Origin: Planctomycetota bacterium
Lineage (GTDB): Bacteria > Planctomycetota > B15-G4
Assembly: GCA_029259715.1 (NCBI GenBank)
Contig: JAJDEP010000018.1
Location: 42,544-106,543 of the forward strand
Direction: 5' to 3'
DNA: 64,000 nucleotides
In this document: positions 35,756 through 45,729 of the stretch, in pieces
Layout of the letters: each line of letters begins with the position of its first letter
Numbering within the stretch: the stretch's first letter is position 1
Notes under the pieces: generated by a model
Told to the model about the DNA's origin: nothing
Databases searched by the model: none
The model's input: the letters and a program-made list of their open reading frames with translations, nothing else
Translations under genes and position numbers: made by a program

Positions 35756-37051
35756 ATGCAGATCGTCCCGCAGATGCCCATCTGCCAGACCGACCTGCCC
35801 CTGGACTGGTACCAGGAGGAGTTCAAGCCGTACGCCGAGGAGTACCTGGCGCTGCCCGACCGGACGCCCGAAACGGTGCTGCCGTGGATGGACGGCTACC
35901 TCAAGCCGGCCCTCGACCACTTCGGCGACAAGCTGCTGCTGCTGGCCCACTACTACATGGGCGGCGAGATCGTGAAGCTCGTCGAGCACTACGGCGGCAA
36001 GATCGCCGACAGCTACGAGCTCGCGCTGCAGGCGCGCAAGAACGAGAACGCCGAGTTCATCGTCGAGTCGGCCGTGCACTTCATGGCGGAGTCCATCGCC
36101 ACCCTGGCGCGCCCCGACCAGCAGGTGTTCATCACCAACCCGCGCTCGGGCTGCACCATGGAGATGTTCGCCAAGGAGCACCACATCGCGCCGGCGTTCG
36201 ACGATCTCTACGAGCGCTACGGCGACGACATGATGGTGCTCGCCTACATGAACACCAGCGGCCGCGTGAAGGCCCTCGCCGGCCGCACCGGCGGCGCCGT
36301 GTGCACGTCCGGCAACGCCAAGGCCATCATGGAGTGGGCGCTGGCGCAGGGTAAGAAGATCTTCTTCGTGCCCGACCAGCACCTCGGCCGGGTCGTGTGC
36401 TGGTGGACCGGCGTGCCGCCCGAGCAACAGTTCCAGTGGAAGGGTGGCGAGGAGGGCGCGCGCATGGGCGTCACCGACCTCGGCCCCGACGACCTCAAGC
36501 GCCTCGACGACAGCCGGGTCGTCCTGTGGGGCAGCTACTGCGGCGTGCACACCGTGTTCAAGCCGGAGATGATCGACTACTGGCGCGACAAGGGCTTCAA
36601 GGTGCTCGTGCACCCCGAGTGCCCGGTGGAGGTCGTGCAGCACGCCGACGGCGCCGGCTCGACCAAGTTCCTGTGGCAGGCTCTGCTCGACAGCCAGCCC
36701 GGCGACAAGCTGGCCATCGCCACCGAGGGCCACTTCGTCAAGAACGCCCGCGATCAGGCCGCCCTGAAGGGCGTCGAGATCGTGCACATGGCCGACATCC
36801 CCGACAACGGGTCCATCGGCTGCGGCTGCGCCACCATGTCGCGCAACGACCCGCCCCACCTGGTGGCCATGGTCGACATGATCCACAAGGGCAACCCGCC
36901 CGACATCAACCGCGTGGCCGTGGGCGACGTCGTGGATGAGACCACGGGCCATCGCGAGCGCCTCGCCCACGATGAGCAGGACGAGGTCACGCAACACGCG
37001 CGCGCCGCCCTGCAACGCATGGTCGACATCACCGAGCGGGCCCGTTCCTGA
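35756..37051 (+). CDS. nadA: quinolinate synthase (long form)
   Basis: 431 aa. NadA pattern with three cluster cysteines (SGCTMEM, YCGVH, CGCATM) and the ESAVHFMAES and HPECP motifs. Confidence 0.9.
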   Translation: MQIVPQMPICQTDLPLDWYQEEFKPYAEEYLALPDRTPETVLPWMDGYLKPALDHFGDKLLLLAHYYMGGEIVKLVEHYGGKIADSYELALQARKNENAEFIVESAVHFMAESIATLARPDQQVFITNPRSGCTMEMFAKEHHIAPAFDDLYERYGDDMMVLAYMNTSGRVKALAGRTGGAVCTSGNAKAIMEWALAQGKKIFFVPDQHLGRVVCWWTGVPPEQQFQWKGGEEGARMGVTDLGPDDLKRLDDSRVVLWGSYCGVHTVFKPEMIDYWRDKGFKVLVHPECPVEVVQHADGAGSTKFLWQALLDSQPGDKLAIATEGHFVKNARDQAALKGVEIVHMADIPDNGSIGCGCATMSRNDPPHLVAMVDMIHKGNPPDINRVAVGDVVDETTGHRERLAHDEQDEVTQHARAALQRMVDITERARS

Positions 37052-37061
37052 GGAGCAAGAG

Positions 37062-38147
37062 GTGAGCGCCGGCGTCATGGCCGCCCAAGCATCGACGGCC
37101 TCCTTCACGGACGGCGGCGCACCGCAGGGCATCGCGGTCCCGGCGCCCGTGCGCCTGCCCACGGACCAGCCCCCGCTGTTGCTCGTGCTGGTGGACGCCG
37201 AGGAGGAGTTCGACTGGAGCGCGGGCTTCCACCGTGCCAACACCGGCGTCTCCGCCATCGACGCGATCGAGCGGGGCCAGGACGTCTTCGACCCCTTCGG
37301 GATCAAGCCGATCTACGTCGTCGACTACCCCGTGGCCGCCGCCCCGGCAGCCGCCGCCCGCATCGGCGCCCTGGCCCGCGACGACCGGGCCGAGATCGGC
37401 GCGCACCAGCACCCGTGGGTCTGCCCGCCCCATGACGAGCAGGTGGGCGACCAGCTCTCATTCCCCGGCAACCTGCCCGCCGAGCTCGAGGCGGCCAAGC
37501 TGGACCGACTCACCCAGGCCATCGAGGCGGGCACCGGCGTGCGGCCGCGCATCTACCAGGCCGGACGCTACGGCATCGGCCCGAACACCGCCCGGATCCT
37601 CGCCGACCAGGGCTACACGGTGGACTGCAGCGCCTCGCCGCCCTTCGACTACGCCCCCGAGGGCGGCCCCGACTACTCGGCCTGGGCGCCCGAGCCCTAC
37701 TGGTTCGGTGCCCGCCGCGACATGCTCGGCCTGCCCTGCACCGGCGCCTACGTCGGCACGGCGGGCGGTCGCAGCCATGGCCTGCACGCCTGGGCCACCC
37801 GCCCCGGCCCGCGCCGACTGCGTGCGCCGGGCATCCTCGCCCGCCTGGGCGTGGTCGAACGCCTGCGCCTCTCGCCCGAAGGCTTCGCGCTGGGCGACAT
37901 GCAACGGCTCACCGACGTGCTGCTCGCTCGCGGTGTGCGCGTGTTCCTCATGAGCTACCACGCCCCTTCGCTCAAGCCGGGCTGCACCGAGTACGTCCGC
38001 GACGCCGACGAATTGGCGGCGTTCCTGCAGAGGATGCGCGACTACTGCCGCTGGTTCTTCGAGCAGCGCGGCGGGGGCACCACGACCACCGAAGGCCTCG
38101 CGACCCTGCTCGCTGCTGGTGGCGCCGCCGGAGGCACGGCCGCATGA
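37062..38147 (+). CDS. WalW-like polysaccharide deacetylase-family protein
   Basis: Trimmed to the GTG at 37062, preceded by AGGAG. VDAEEEFDWS, EIGAHQHPW and LSPEG resemble WalW / carbohydrate-esterase-like proteins. Confidence 0.6.
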   Translation: MSAGVMAAQASTASFTDGGAPQGIAVPAPVRLPTDQPPLLLVLVDAEEEFDWSAGFHRANTGVSAIDAIERGQDVFDPFGIKPIYVVDYPVAAAPAAAARIGALARDDRAEIGAHQHPWVCPPHDEQVGDQLSFPGNLPAELEAAKLDRLTQAIEAGTGVRPRIYQAGRYGIGPNTARILADQGYTVDCSASPPFDYAPEGGPDYSAWAPEPYWFGARRDMLGLPCTGAYVGTAGGRSHGLHAWATRPGPRRLRAPGILARLGVVERLRLSPEGFALGDMQRLTDVLLARGVRVFLMSYHAPSLKPGCTEYVRDADELAAFLQRMRDYCRWFFEQRGGGTTTTEGLATLLAAGGAAGGTAA

Positions 38148-40021
38148 GGGTCCTGGGCATCTCGCCGCTCGACAAGGACGCCACCGCCTCCCTCGTGGAG
38201 GACGGCCGCGTGCTCTTCGCCGCCGCCGAGGAGCGCTACAGCCGCCAGAAGCAGCACGCCGGTTTCCCCGGGCAGGCCACCGAGGCCGCCTTCGCCGCCA
38301 CGGGCCTGGGCCCCGACGACATCGACGTGGTGGCCTACGCCTTCCTCGACGGGCGCGACGAGGCGCGGTTGATCGAGGAGTGCGTGCGCGCCGAGCGCGA
38401 GCTGCTCGCCCGGACGCCGCGCGCACCCCTGGCCCCCCTGCTCGCGGAGGCCAGGCGCCGTGTGCCCGAGCGCACCCAGCCCATCCAGGGCCTGGCGCAC
38501 CCCAACCAACGCATGAACAAGCCGGCCTACAAGCGCCTGGCCTACAAACTGCTGTCGGACGGGCCGGTCTGCACCACCGCCATGGCGCGCCGCTCAACGC
38601 GGGCCTGGGCCGACCGGGCCATCGCCGACCACACCCGTTGGCAGGCCGAGCTGGAACAGGGGCTGCAGCGCTTCGGCCTGGCCGACAAGCTGCGCCGCTT
38701 CGAGCATCACCTGTCCCACGCGGGCAACTCGTACCTGGCCAGCGGCTACGACCATGCGCTCATCGTGACGCTGGATGGCTACGGCAGCGGTCTGGCCGGC
38801 TCCGTGTCCATCGGCGAGAACGGCTCGATCCGCCGGCTGCACAACTTCCGCTTCCCGCACTCACTGGGCAGCTTCTACGAGACGGTCACGTCTGCCCTCG
38901 GTTACCACCCCGATCGTCACGCCGGCAAGATCGTCGGGCTGGCGGCCTACGGCGACCCGGAGATCCTGGCGCCGGCGTTGCTCTCGCGCTTCGTGCGTGA
39001 AGACGGCGACTACGCGATCCTCGGCAACCTCAACGTGCACCTCTCACGCCATCTGGCCGCCCACTTCCCCATGATCGACGTGGCCGCCGCCTACCAGACC
39101 GTGCTCGAGGTGGTCGCCGCCGAAGTGGTCTCGCACTGGGCCAAGCAGACCGGCTGCTCGAACCTGGTCCTCTCGGGCGGCGTCACCGCCAACGTGAAGA
39201 TGAACCAGCGGCTGCACGAGGCCGAGGGCGTCGAGTCGGTGTTCGTCTACCCCAACATGGGGGACGGCGGGTGCGGCACGGGCCTGGGCCTGTTCCTCAC
39301 GCTCAAGGGCCAGTGCCGCGAGCCGCTGCAGGACGCCTACCTCGGCCCCGAGTTCTCCGACGACGAGATCGAGGCCGAGCTGAAGCGCGAGGGCCTCGCC
39401 TACGAACGCCCCACCGATCTCGCCGCCGAGGTCGCGCAACGCATCCACTCCGGCGAGGTCGTCGCCCGCTTCTCGGGGCGCATGGAGTACGGCCCGCGGG
39501 CGCTGGGCAACCGCTCGATCCTCTACCACGCGCGCGAGCCCGAGGTGAACCACTGGCTCAACAAGCGCCTCGGCCGCACCGAGTTCATGCCCTTCGCGCC
39601 GGTGACCCTGTGGGAAGCCGCCGACCGCTGCTACAAGAACCTCGACGGCGCCCGCCACGCGGCCGAGTTCATGACCGTCACCTTCGACTGCACCGACTGG
39701 ATGATCGAGTCGTGCCCGGCCGCCGTCCACGTCGACGGCACCGCGCGACCGCAGCTCGTGCGCCGCGAGAACAACCCCGGCTACTACGACATCCTGGTCG
39801 AGTACGAGAAGCTCTCGGGCATCCCCTGCCTGATCAACACCAGCTTCAACATGCACGAGGAGCCCATCGTGTGCACGCCGCACGACGCCATTCGGGCCTT
39901 CCTCGACGGCCGGCTGGACGGACTGGCCATCGGCTCGTTCTACGTGCCGTCGCCGAGTCGGGATGCGGGCGCCGAGGCCGCGAGCGCATCCGCGCCGAGC
40001 ACCGCCCCGCTGCCCGCCTGA
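38144..40021 (+). CDS. carbamoyltransferase (NodU/CmcH family)
   Basis: EERYSRQKQHAGFP, FEHHLSHA, GGVTANVKMN, EYGPRALGNRS and NTSFNMHEEPIV motifs. ATGA overlap with the upstream gene. Confidence 0.9.
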   Translation: MRVLGISPLDKDATASLVEDGRVLFAAAEERYSRQKQHAGFPGQATEAAFAATGLGPDDIDVVAYAFLDGRDEARLIEECVRAERELLARTPRAPLAPLLAEARRRVPERTQPIQGLAHPNQRMNKPAYKRLAYKLLSDGPVCTTAMARRSTRAWADRAIADHTRWQAELEQGLQRFGLADKLRRFEHHLSHAGNSYLASGYDHALIVTLDGYGSGLAGSVSIGENGSIRRLHNFRFPHSLGSFYETVTSALGYHPDRHAGKIVGLAAYGDPEILAPALLSRFVREDGDYAILGNLNVHLSRHLAAHFPMIDVAAAYQTVLEVVAAEVVSHWAKQTGCSNLVLSGGVTANVKMNQRLHEAEGVESVFVYPNMGDGGCGTGLGLFLTLKGQCREPLQDAYLGPEFSDDEIEAELKREGLAYERPTDLAAEVAQRIHSGEVVARFSGRMEYGPRALGNRSILYHAREPEVNHWLNKRLGRTEFMPFAPVTLWEAADRCYKNLDGARHAAEFMTVTFDCTDWMIESCPAAVHVDGTARPQLVRRENNPGYYDILVEYEKLSGIPCLINTSFNMHEEPIVCTPHDAIRAFLDGRLDGLAIGSFYVPSPSRDAGAEAASASAPSTAPLPA

Positions 40022-40119
40022 GTCCGGGACGCCGCGGGCGAGCGGCATGCCTCACCGAACGGACTGCCTCACCGTAGGGTGCGGCGCCCCTCAGTGCCCT
40101 CGCCAAGCGGCGTGGACGC

Positions 40120-41058
40120 TCAGCCTTCGCGCGGCGGGACGCGGAAGTTGTGCGCCAGTTGCAGCAGGCGCTCCAGCTCGGCCGGGAAGTGTCCGCGCGC
40201 CATGTAGCTGCGCAGGTAGTCGAGGAAGTCGAGCGGCAGGATCACGCCGTAATACACCATCCACACACCGCGCAGAGTGGTGAAGCCGAACAGCGGCAGT
40301 TCGAAGGGGCCGGTGACATGGTCGACCACCGTGGCCAGCACCAGCAGGATCAGTCCGAAGTCGAAGTTGGTGGCCATGGCCCGCAGGGTTACGAGGTTGA
40401 GACCCAGCGGGAAGCCGCTCGGCGCGGGCGCCGTCGTGTCCGCGTCTGCTCCGGCCGACACGGCGTCGGACGCCGCGGTATCGCCGGCCGCGGCCACGTC
40501 CATCCCGACCTCCTCCGCGTAACGGCGGAAGGCGCGGTCCTTGCCGGGCGGGGCCCCGATGACGCCGCGGGTGAACATGATCCCCGGCACCTCGACGAAC
40601 AGCTTGAGCCACAGGGCGGCGATGGCGGCCGTGGCCCCGCACACGATGTACAGCGGCCGCCCCAGCTGGAAGTACAGGCCCGTCCCGATGCCCAGGAAGC
40701 ACAGGGGCTTCACGAGCATGTGGAAGATGTACTCGTAATACCCCCACTTGATGTTCTCGACGCGACGGAAGCGGGCCACCTCACCGTCGACGCAATCGAG
40801 CACGTAGTAGAAGAGCAGCAGCGCGGCGCCCACGGGCAACGCCAGTCCCGAGGACAGGTGCAGGGCCGCGCCGACCAGGCCGGTGACGAGCATGCCCACC
40901 GTGGCCAGGTCCGGCGACAGCTTGAGGTCGACCCAGAGCTTGGTGAAGGGCAGCGAGGCCCAGTCGCCGAACAGCAGTCCGGTCACGTCGTTGCCGCCCC
41001 GCACGGGGAGCTGGCACTTCTCCCTCAGTTCGCGGAACGACACACCCATGGCCGACAC
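40120..41058 (-). CDS. CDP-alcohol phosphatidyltransferase-like membrane protein (second half of the catalytic motif degenerate)
   Basis: DCVDGEVAR matches D-x2-DG-x2-AR. The expected G-x3-D-x3-D is GYYEYIFH. Polytopic membrane protein with an Ala/Asp-rich loop. Confidence 0.6.
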   Translation of the reverse strand: MSAMGVSFRELREKCQLPVRGGNDVTGLLFGDWASLPFTKLWVDLKLSPDLATVGMLVTGLVGAALHLSSGLALPVGAALLLFYYVLDCVDGEVARFRRVENIKWGYYEYIFHMLVKPLCFLGIGTGLYFQLGRPLYIVCGATAAIAALWLKLFVEVPGIMFTRGVIGAPPGKDRAFRRYAEEVGMDVAAAGDTAASDAVSAGADADTTAPAPSGFPLGLNLVTLRAMATNFDFGLILLVLATVVDHVTGPFELPLFGFTTLRGVWMVYYGVILPLDFLDYLRSYMARGHFPAELERLLQLAHNFRVPPREG

Positions 41059-41238
41059 TCTACCCTGCGGGGATTCGCTTCGGAGCCACGCAACGACCGG
41101 TCACCGCGCGGCACACAGCCTCGCTATCGGCGTCCTCGCCGGCGGCCTGAAGCCCCACCCGGAGTGCCCACCCGGAGCCCGTCACTCAGCCTGGCCCAAA
41201 GCCGGATCCGGAGCGCTCCATCCCCTGCCGCGGGCCGC

Positions 41239-42510
41239 TCACGTGAAGAGCCGCGCCGTCTCGAACACTTCGGGGGCGAATCGGGCGGTGCCCGTGGGCG
41301 TTTCCAGCTTCACGCAGCGCTTGACGACGTAATCGAAGGCCAGCGGATTGGCGGCGAAGACCAGGTTGCACAGGCGCCGCTCCTCGCTCGTGAGGAAGCC
41401 GCGGGCCTGCAGGACCCGCGTGCTCAGCACGGGATCCACGGCCACCAGCGGGTAGTCGCTGCCGTTCACCAGTCGGTGGTGGATCTCGGTGGCCCCGAGG
41501 ATGGCCCGCAACGGCCGGCCCGTCCGGTTGACGAAGGTCAGCGCCGAGATGTCGCCGAACAGGCGCCCCTCGTACTGCGACTCGCCCATCATCCGCAGGA
41601 ACAGGTCGACGTTCTTGGCCTCCACCGCTTCCACCGCGCCCGCGGCGCTCGCGCCGGCCGCATCGAGGTCGACGTTGCTGCCGAGGGTGCCGCAGTGGGC
41701 CACGATCACCGTGACGCCCGCGTCGAGGGCGCGTCGCAGGCGCAGCGGGTTGCCGAGGGCCTGCAGGTCGGCCGCGTCGACGGCGTGCTCGGTGCCGGCG
41801 TGGGTCAGCAGCGGGAGGCCGGACGCGGCCAGGCGGCCATAGAAGCGGTCGCAAAGGGGCGACGCCGGGTCGATGCCCTGGGCGTTGGGCAGCCACTTGC
41901 ACGCCCGGGCGCCGGCCTCCACGGCGCGGTCGAGACGCGCCACCGCGTCGCGCCGGTACGGATGGATCGAGACGATGGCCTCCACGTCGGCGTGGTCGGC
42001 CGCCAGGCCCAGCACGTAGTCGTTGGGCGTATGGAACTGACTGCGCTCGGGCACCTCCCGCCCGTCCTCGTCGACGAAGCGGTCGTAGGCCAGCAGCATC
42101 AGGCGACCTTGGGGGTTGGCCTCCCGGTGCAGGCGCAGGAGCTCGGCCAGGAAGTCGGCGTCGGCGGAGGGCCCGTCGTCGATGCGGGCCGCACCCGAGT
42201 ACAGCTCATAGATGAAGCGCTTGATCGGGTGGGCGTGGCTCAGGAAGTCGGGGTGGACCGCGCAACCGCTGTCGCCGCGTCCGAGCCCGACGAGATGGGC
42301 ATGGACGTCCCAGAGAGCGGCGCGGTCGACGTCTCCCAGCTTCTCGGCCAGGAAGTCGGCGGCCTCGCCCTGCAGCGGCCGGCGGGGCCCGGGGGCCCAC
42401 CACCAGGGCAGACCCCAGCGCGCGCCCACCAGGGCCCCGACCGCACCGATCAAGACCCCGCGGCGCGTGAAGCGTCGCCGTCGCGGGCGGGCGACGGGAC
42501 GCTCAGCCAT
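41239..42510 (-). CDS. Tat-signal metal-dependent amidohydrolase (TIM-barrel hydrolase)
   Basis: Trimmed to MAERPVARPRRRRFTRRGVLIGAVGAL (twin-arginine signal). H-x-H motif DVHAHL, later THAG and AHCG. The start overlaps the upstream stop by 8 nt. Confidence 0.7.
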   Translation of the reverse strand: MAERPVARPRRRRFTRRGVLIGAVGALVGARWGLPWWWAPGPRRPLQGEAADFLAEKLGDVDRAALWDVHAHLVGLGRGDSGCAVHPDFLSHAHPIKRFIYELYSGAARIDDGPSADADFLAELLRLHREANPQGRLMLLAYDRFVDEDGREVPERSQFHTPNDYVLGLAADHADVEAIVSIHPYRRDAVARLDRAVEAGARACKWLPNAQGIDPASPLCDRFYGRLAASGLPLLTHAGTEHAVDAADLQALGNPLRLRRALDAGVTVIVAHCGTLGSNVDLDAAGASAAGAVEAVEAKNVDLFLRMMGESQYEGRLFGDISALTFVNRTGRPLRAILGATEIHHRLVNGSDYPLVAVDPVLSTRVLQARGFLTSEERRLCNLVFAANPLAFDYVVKRCVKLETPTGTARFAPEVFETARLFT

Positions 42511-43501
42511 CGAAGGCCGCCTGCGCGCGCTCCACGAAGAGCTGCATGCGCCGGGCGAAGACCGCGTCGTCGATGCGCCCCTTCTCCCGTTCGCGCACGG
42601 CGCCCACCGCGCGACCGACGTGGTAATCGCACTCGTAGAAGCGGCGTTGGCGGGTGTACTCCTCACGGTCGATCCCGCAGCCCTCGGCGAAGTAGGTCTC
42701 GAGGAATCGACGGCGGGCGTCGTCGTCCATGCAGAGGCGGTGACCGGCTCGCACGAGGTCGTAGCCCGCGTCCCCATAGTGCACCGAAGCGAGGTCGATG
42801 GCGGACGCCCGGCCGTCCTTCACGATGTAGTTGTTGCCGTAGACGTGACCGTGGATCAGCTCGTAGGCCGGGCGCTGGCGCAGCGCGTCCGCCGCCTGCT
42901 CAGCGCCCGCCGCGATGCGCGCGACGTCCGCGTCGGCCAGGTGCGGCGCCACACGGTCGAGCCGCAGACGGAAGTGGGCGTGGGCCTTGTCCACGGCCGA
43001 GCCGCGACGCGAGAAGTGCAGCCAGCCGTGCCGCTTGCGACGGTGCCCATGCATGGCCGCCATGGTGCGGGCCAGCGCCGGGGCGGCGGCAGACCGCTCC
43101 TCCCGAGTCATCAACGGCAGCGGCTTGCCCTCGATCAATTCCTCGGCGAGGGCCCAACGGCGCGGGCGCTCCCATCGGGCCCGCAGGCTGGAGCCCAGGT
43201 AGCGGGGCACCGGCAATTGCATGCGCGTGAGCGTCTTCATCACCTGCCGGTTCTTGAGCAGGTCGCTGAGGCTCTCGAAGAGCTTGATCACCACCCCCGG
43301 GACGCCGCGGTCGGCGGGCGGGCGCACCAGGACGATGAGCGTCCGGTGGCCGAGGCGCGGCGCCTCCATGGTCAGCGGGCCGGTCTCGCCCACGATCAGG
43401 GCGCGTCGGGTCCACGCTTCCAGCCATCCCCGCTGGGCCTCGTCCTCGATCAGCGCCAGGCGGGCCGCCTGGTTCCTCTCGCGCATGGAGCTCACCGGCA
43501 T
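42503..43501 (-). CDS. APH/choline-kinase-fold phosphotransferase
   Basis: LIHGHVYGNNYIV (catalytic loop) and IDLASVHYGDAGYDL (DxxxxxxGDxxxDL). The first ATG at 43501 is used. The track ORF start at 43537 is TTG. Confidence 0.7.
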   Translation of the reverse strand: MPVSSMRERNQAARLALIEDEAQRGWLEAWTRRALIVGETGPLTMEAPRLGHRTLIVLVRPPADRGVPGVVIKLFESLSDLLKNRQVMKTLTRMQLPVPRYLGSSLRARWERPRRWALAEELIEGKPLPLMTREERSAAAPALARTMAAMHGHRRKRHGWLHFSRRGSAVDKAHAHFRLRLDRVAPHLADADVARIAAGAEQAADALRQRPAYELIHGHVYGNNYIVKDGRASAIDLASVHYGDAGYDLVRAGHRLCMDDDARRRFLETYFAEGCGIDREEYTRQRRFYECDYHVGRAVGAVREREKGRIDDAVFARRMQLFVERAQAAFDG

Positions 43502-43606
43502 GCAGGGCACTTTCCGGGCACCGCCGTTGGGATGCAAGGGCGGCGCGCTCCCCCCACGCCCGGCGAAGGACGTGGCTGCAACGCGGGCGCGGGCCGCGAA
43601 CCGTTC

Positions 43607-44371
43607 CTAGAGATCGAGGCCACGGCGCACCATCGCGACGAGCGCGGAGCCCTGTGCGGATCCGGGACCGCCGAAGGGCACCGGACCCATGACCTCGGCC
43701 TCGATGAGCTCGCCGAGCACCGAGAGGTTGAGTTCATCGGCCCGTCTCGATTCCGGCGTCCGGTCCGCGTTGCTCTCGGCGGCATTGACTACGACACCCA
43801 GGAGTTTCAGGCCGCGGCTGCGCACCGCCGCCACGGTCAAGGCCGTGTGGTTCAGCGTGCCGAGGCGCGCACGGGCCACCACCACCACGGCCAGGTCGAG
43901 TCGCTCGGCCAGGTCGAGGAAGGTGAACGTGCCCCGCAGGGGCACGGCCACGCCGCCCGCGCCCTCCACCACCACGCAGCGGTGCCGTGCGGCGAGGCGC
44001 GCATGGGCATTCGCCAACACGTCGAGATCGATGCGTTCACCGGCTTCCCGCGCGGCCACCGACGGCGCGGCCGGCAGGGGGAAGGCGCTGGGGAGCACGT
44101 CGCGGGCGTCGGTGTCCGGCGCTCGGGCGGCGAGGTCGGCGGCCTCGGCGAGGGCCCGGGCATCGCTGCCCGGCGGCAGGACCGCAAGCGACACGGGGGC
44201 GTTCGACGCCGTCGCATCGGTCGGGGGCCAACGCGGTGTGATGCCGGTCTCGCAGGGTTTCATCACACCGACGTCGACTCCGGCGGCCACCAGCCCGCGC
44301 ACCAGCCCGCAGGCGATGTGCGTCTTGCCCACGCCCGTGTCGGTGCCGGTGACGAGCAGGCTCGCGGTCAT
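43607..44371 (-). CDS. bioD: dethiobiotin synthetase
   Basis: Trimmed to MTASLLVTGTDTGVGKT (P-loop), with later VVEGAGG. ATGA overlap with the bioA stop. Confidence 0.85.
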   Translation of the reverse strand: MTASLLVTGTDTGVGKTHIACGLVRGLVAAGVDVGVMKPCETGITPRWPPTDATASNAPVSLAVLPPGSDARALAEAADLAARAPDTDARDVLPSAFPLPAAPSVAAREAGERIDLDVLANAHARLAARHRCVVVEGAGGVAVPLRGTFTFLDLAERLDLAVVVVARARLGTLNHTALTVAAVRSRGLKLLGVVVNAAESNADRTPESRRADELNLSVLGELIEAEVMGPVPFGGPGSAQGSALVAMVRRGLDL

Positions 44372-45729
44372 GCGGTGGCGAGGTCCACGGCCCGGCGGGT
44401 CACGTCCACCAACCGTCCGAGCATCGGCGCGTCGATGACGTGGGGCGGCATCAGCACCACCGTGTCGCCCAGCGGTCGCAGGATCACCCCCTGCTCGCGG
44501 GCGGCCAGCGTCACGGCGTGGCCGCTGCGACGCGCCGTCGGATAGGGCCGCACCGGCGGGCCCCGGTCGTCGACCAGCTCGATGCCCGCCATGGTGCCGT
44601 AGCGGCGCACCTCGAGGACGTGGGGATGGTCGGTCAGCGGCGCGAGTCCCTGCTCGATGGCATCGCCCAACGCACGGGCCCGGGGCAGGAAGTCGGGCGC
44701 GGTGCACAGGTCGAGGCTCGCCAGGGCCGCGGCGCAGGCGAGGGGGTTGCCCGTGAAGGTGTGCCCGTGGAAGAAGGTGCGGAACTCCTCGTGCTCACCG
44801 AGGAAGCCCTCGTACAGGTGCTCACCCGCCAGCGTCGCCGCCAGGGGCAGGTAGCCGCCGGAAAGGGCCTTGGCCAGGCACAGCAGGTCCGGCTCGATAC
44901 CCTCGCGCTCGCAGGCGAACAGGGCGCCGCTGCGGCCGAAGCCGGTGGCCACCTCGTCGGCCACCACCAGCAGTCCCGCCGCGCGGCAGCGCTGGACCAC
45001 CGCCGCCGTGAAGCCCGCGGGGTAGGGCCGGATGCCCGCCGCACCCTGGACGCCGGGCTCGATCACCAGGGCGCAGCACTCGTCGCCCTGCTCGGCCAGC
45101 ACCGCGTCGAGGCGCGCGAGGCAGCGCTCGACGTCCGCGGCCCGCTCCGCTTCACCCACTCCGTGCGGTACCGGCAGGGTCGTCGACGCGAACAGCAGCG
45201 GCTGGAACAACTCGTGGAACAGCTCGATGCCGCCCACCGACACCGAGCCGATGGTGTCGCCGTGGTAGCTGTCCTCCATCGACAGGAAGCGGTGACGCGG
45301 CCGGCTCCCCGGCGCCTGCCGGAAGAACTGGAAGGCCATCTTCAGCGCGATCTCCACGGCGGTGGAGCCGCTGTCGGAGTAGAACACCCGCGTCAGGTCG
45401 CCCGGCGCCAGGGCGGTGAGCCGCTCGGCCAGGCGGATGGACGGCTCGTTCCCCAGCCCCAGCAGGGTCGAGTGGGCCACCTTGTCGAGTTGGTCGCGCA
45501 CGGCCGCGTCGATGGCCGGCACCCGGTGACCGTGCAGCGCGCACCACAGCGACGAGATGCCATCGAGGTAGCGCCGGCCGTCGGCGTCGATGAGCTCGCA
45601 GCCCTCCGCAGCCACGATGACCGGGTAGTCCTCGTCCATCCACGAGCGCATCTGCGTGAAGGGGTGCCACAGCGCGCGGCGATCGCGGGCCCGCAGTGCG
45701 GCGTTCCCGTCGGGGCCCTCGCTACTCAT
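44368..45729 (-). CDS. bioA: adenosylmethionine-8-amino-7-oxononanoate aminotransferase
   Basis: 453-aa class III aminotransferase pattern (HPFTQM, YSDSGSTAVE, DEVATGFGRSG, CLAKALSGGY). Confidence 0.9.
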   Translation of the reverse strand: MSSEGPDGNAALRARDRRALWHPFTQMRSWMDEDYPVIVAAEGCELIDADGRRYLDGISSLWCALHGHRVPAIDAAVRDQLDKVAHSTLLGLGNEPSIRLAERLTALAPGDLTRVFYSDSGSTAVEIALKMAFQFFRQAPGSRPRHRFLSMEDSYHGDTIGSVSVGGIELFHELFQPLLFASTTLPVPHGVGEAERAADVERCLARLDAVLAEQGDECCALVIEPGVQGAAGIRPYPAGFTAAVVQRCRAAGLLVVADEVATGFGRSGALFACEREGIEPDLLCLAKALSGGYLPLAATLAGEHLYEGFLGEHEEFRTFFHGHTFTGNPLACAAALASLDLCTAPDFLPRARALGDAIEQGLAPLTDHPHVLEVRRYGTMAGIELVDDRGPPVRPYPTARRSGHAVTLAAREQGVILRPLGDTVVLMPPHVIDAPMLGRLVDVTRRAVDLATA

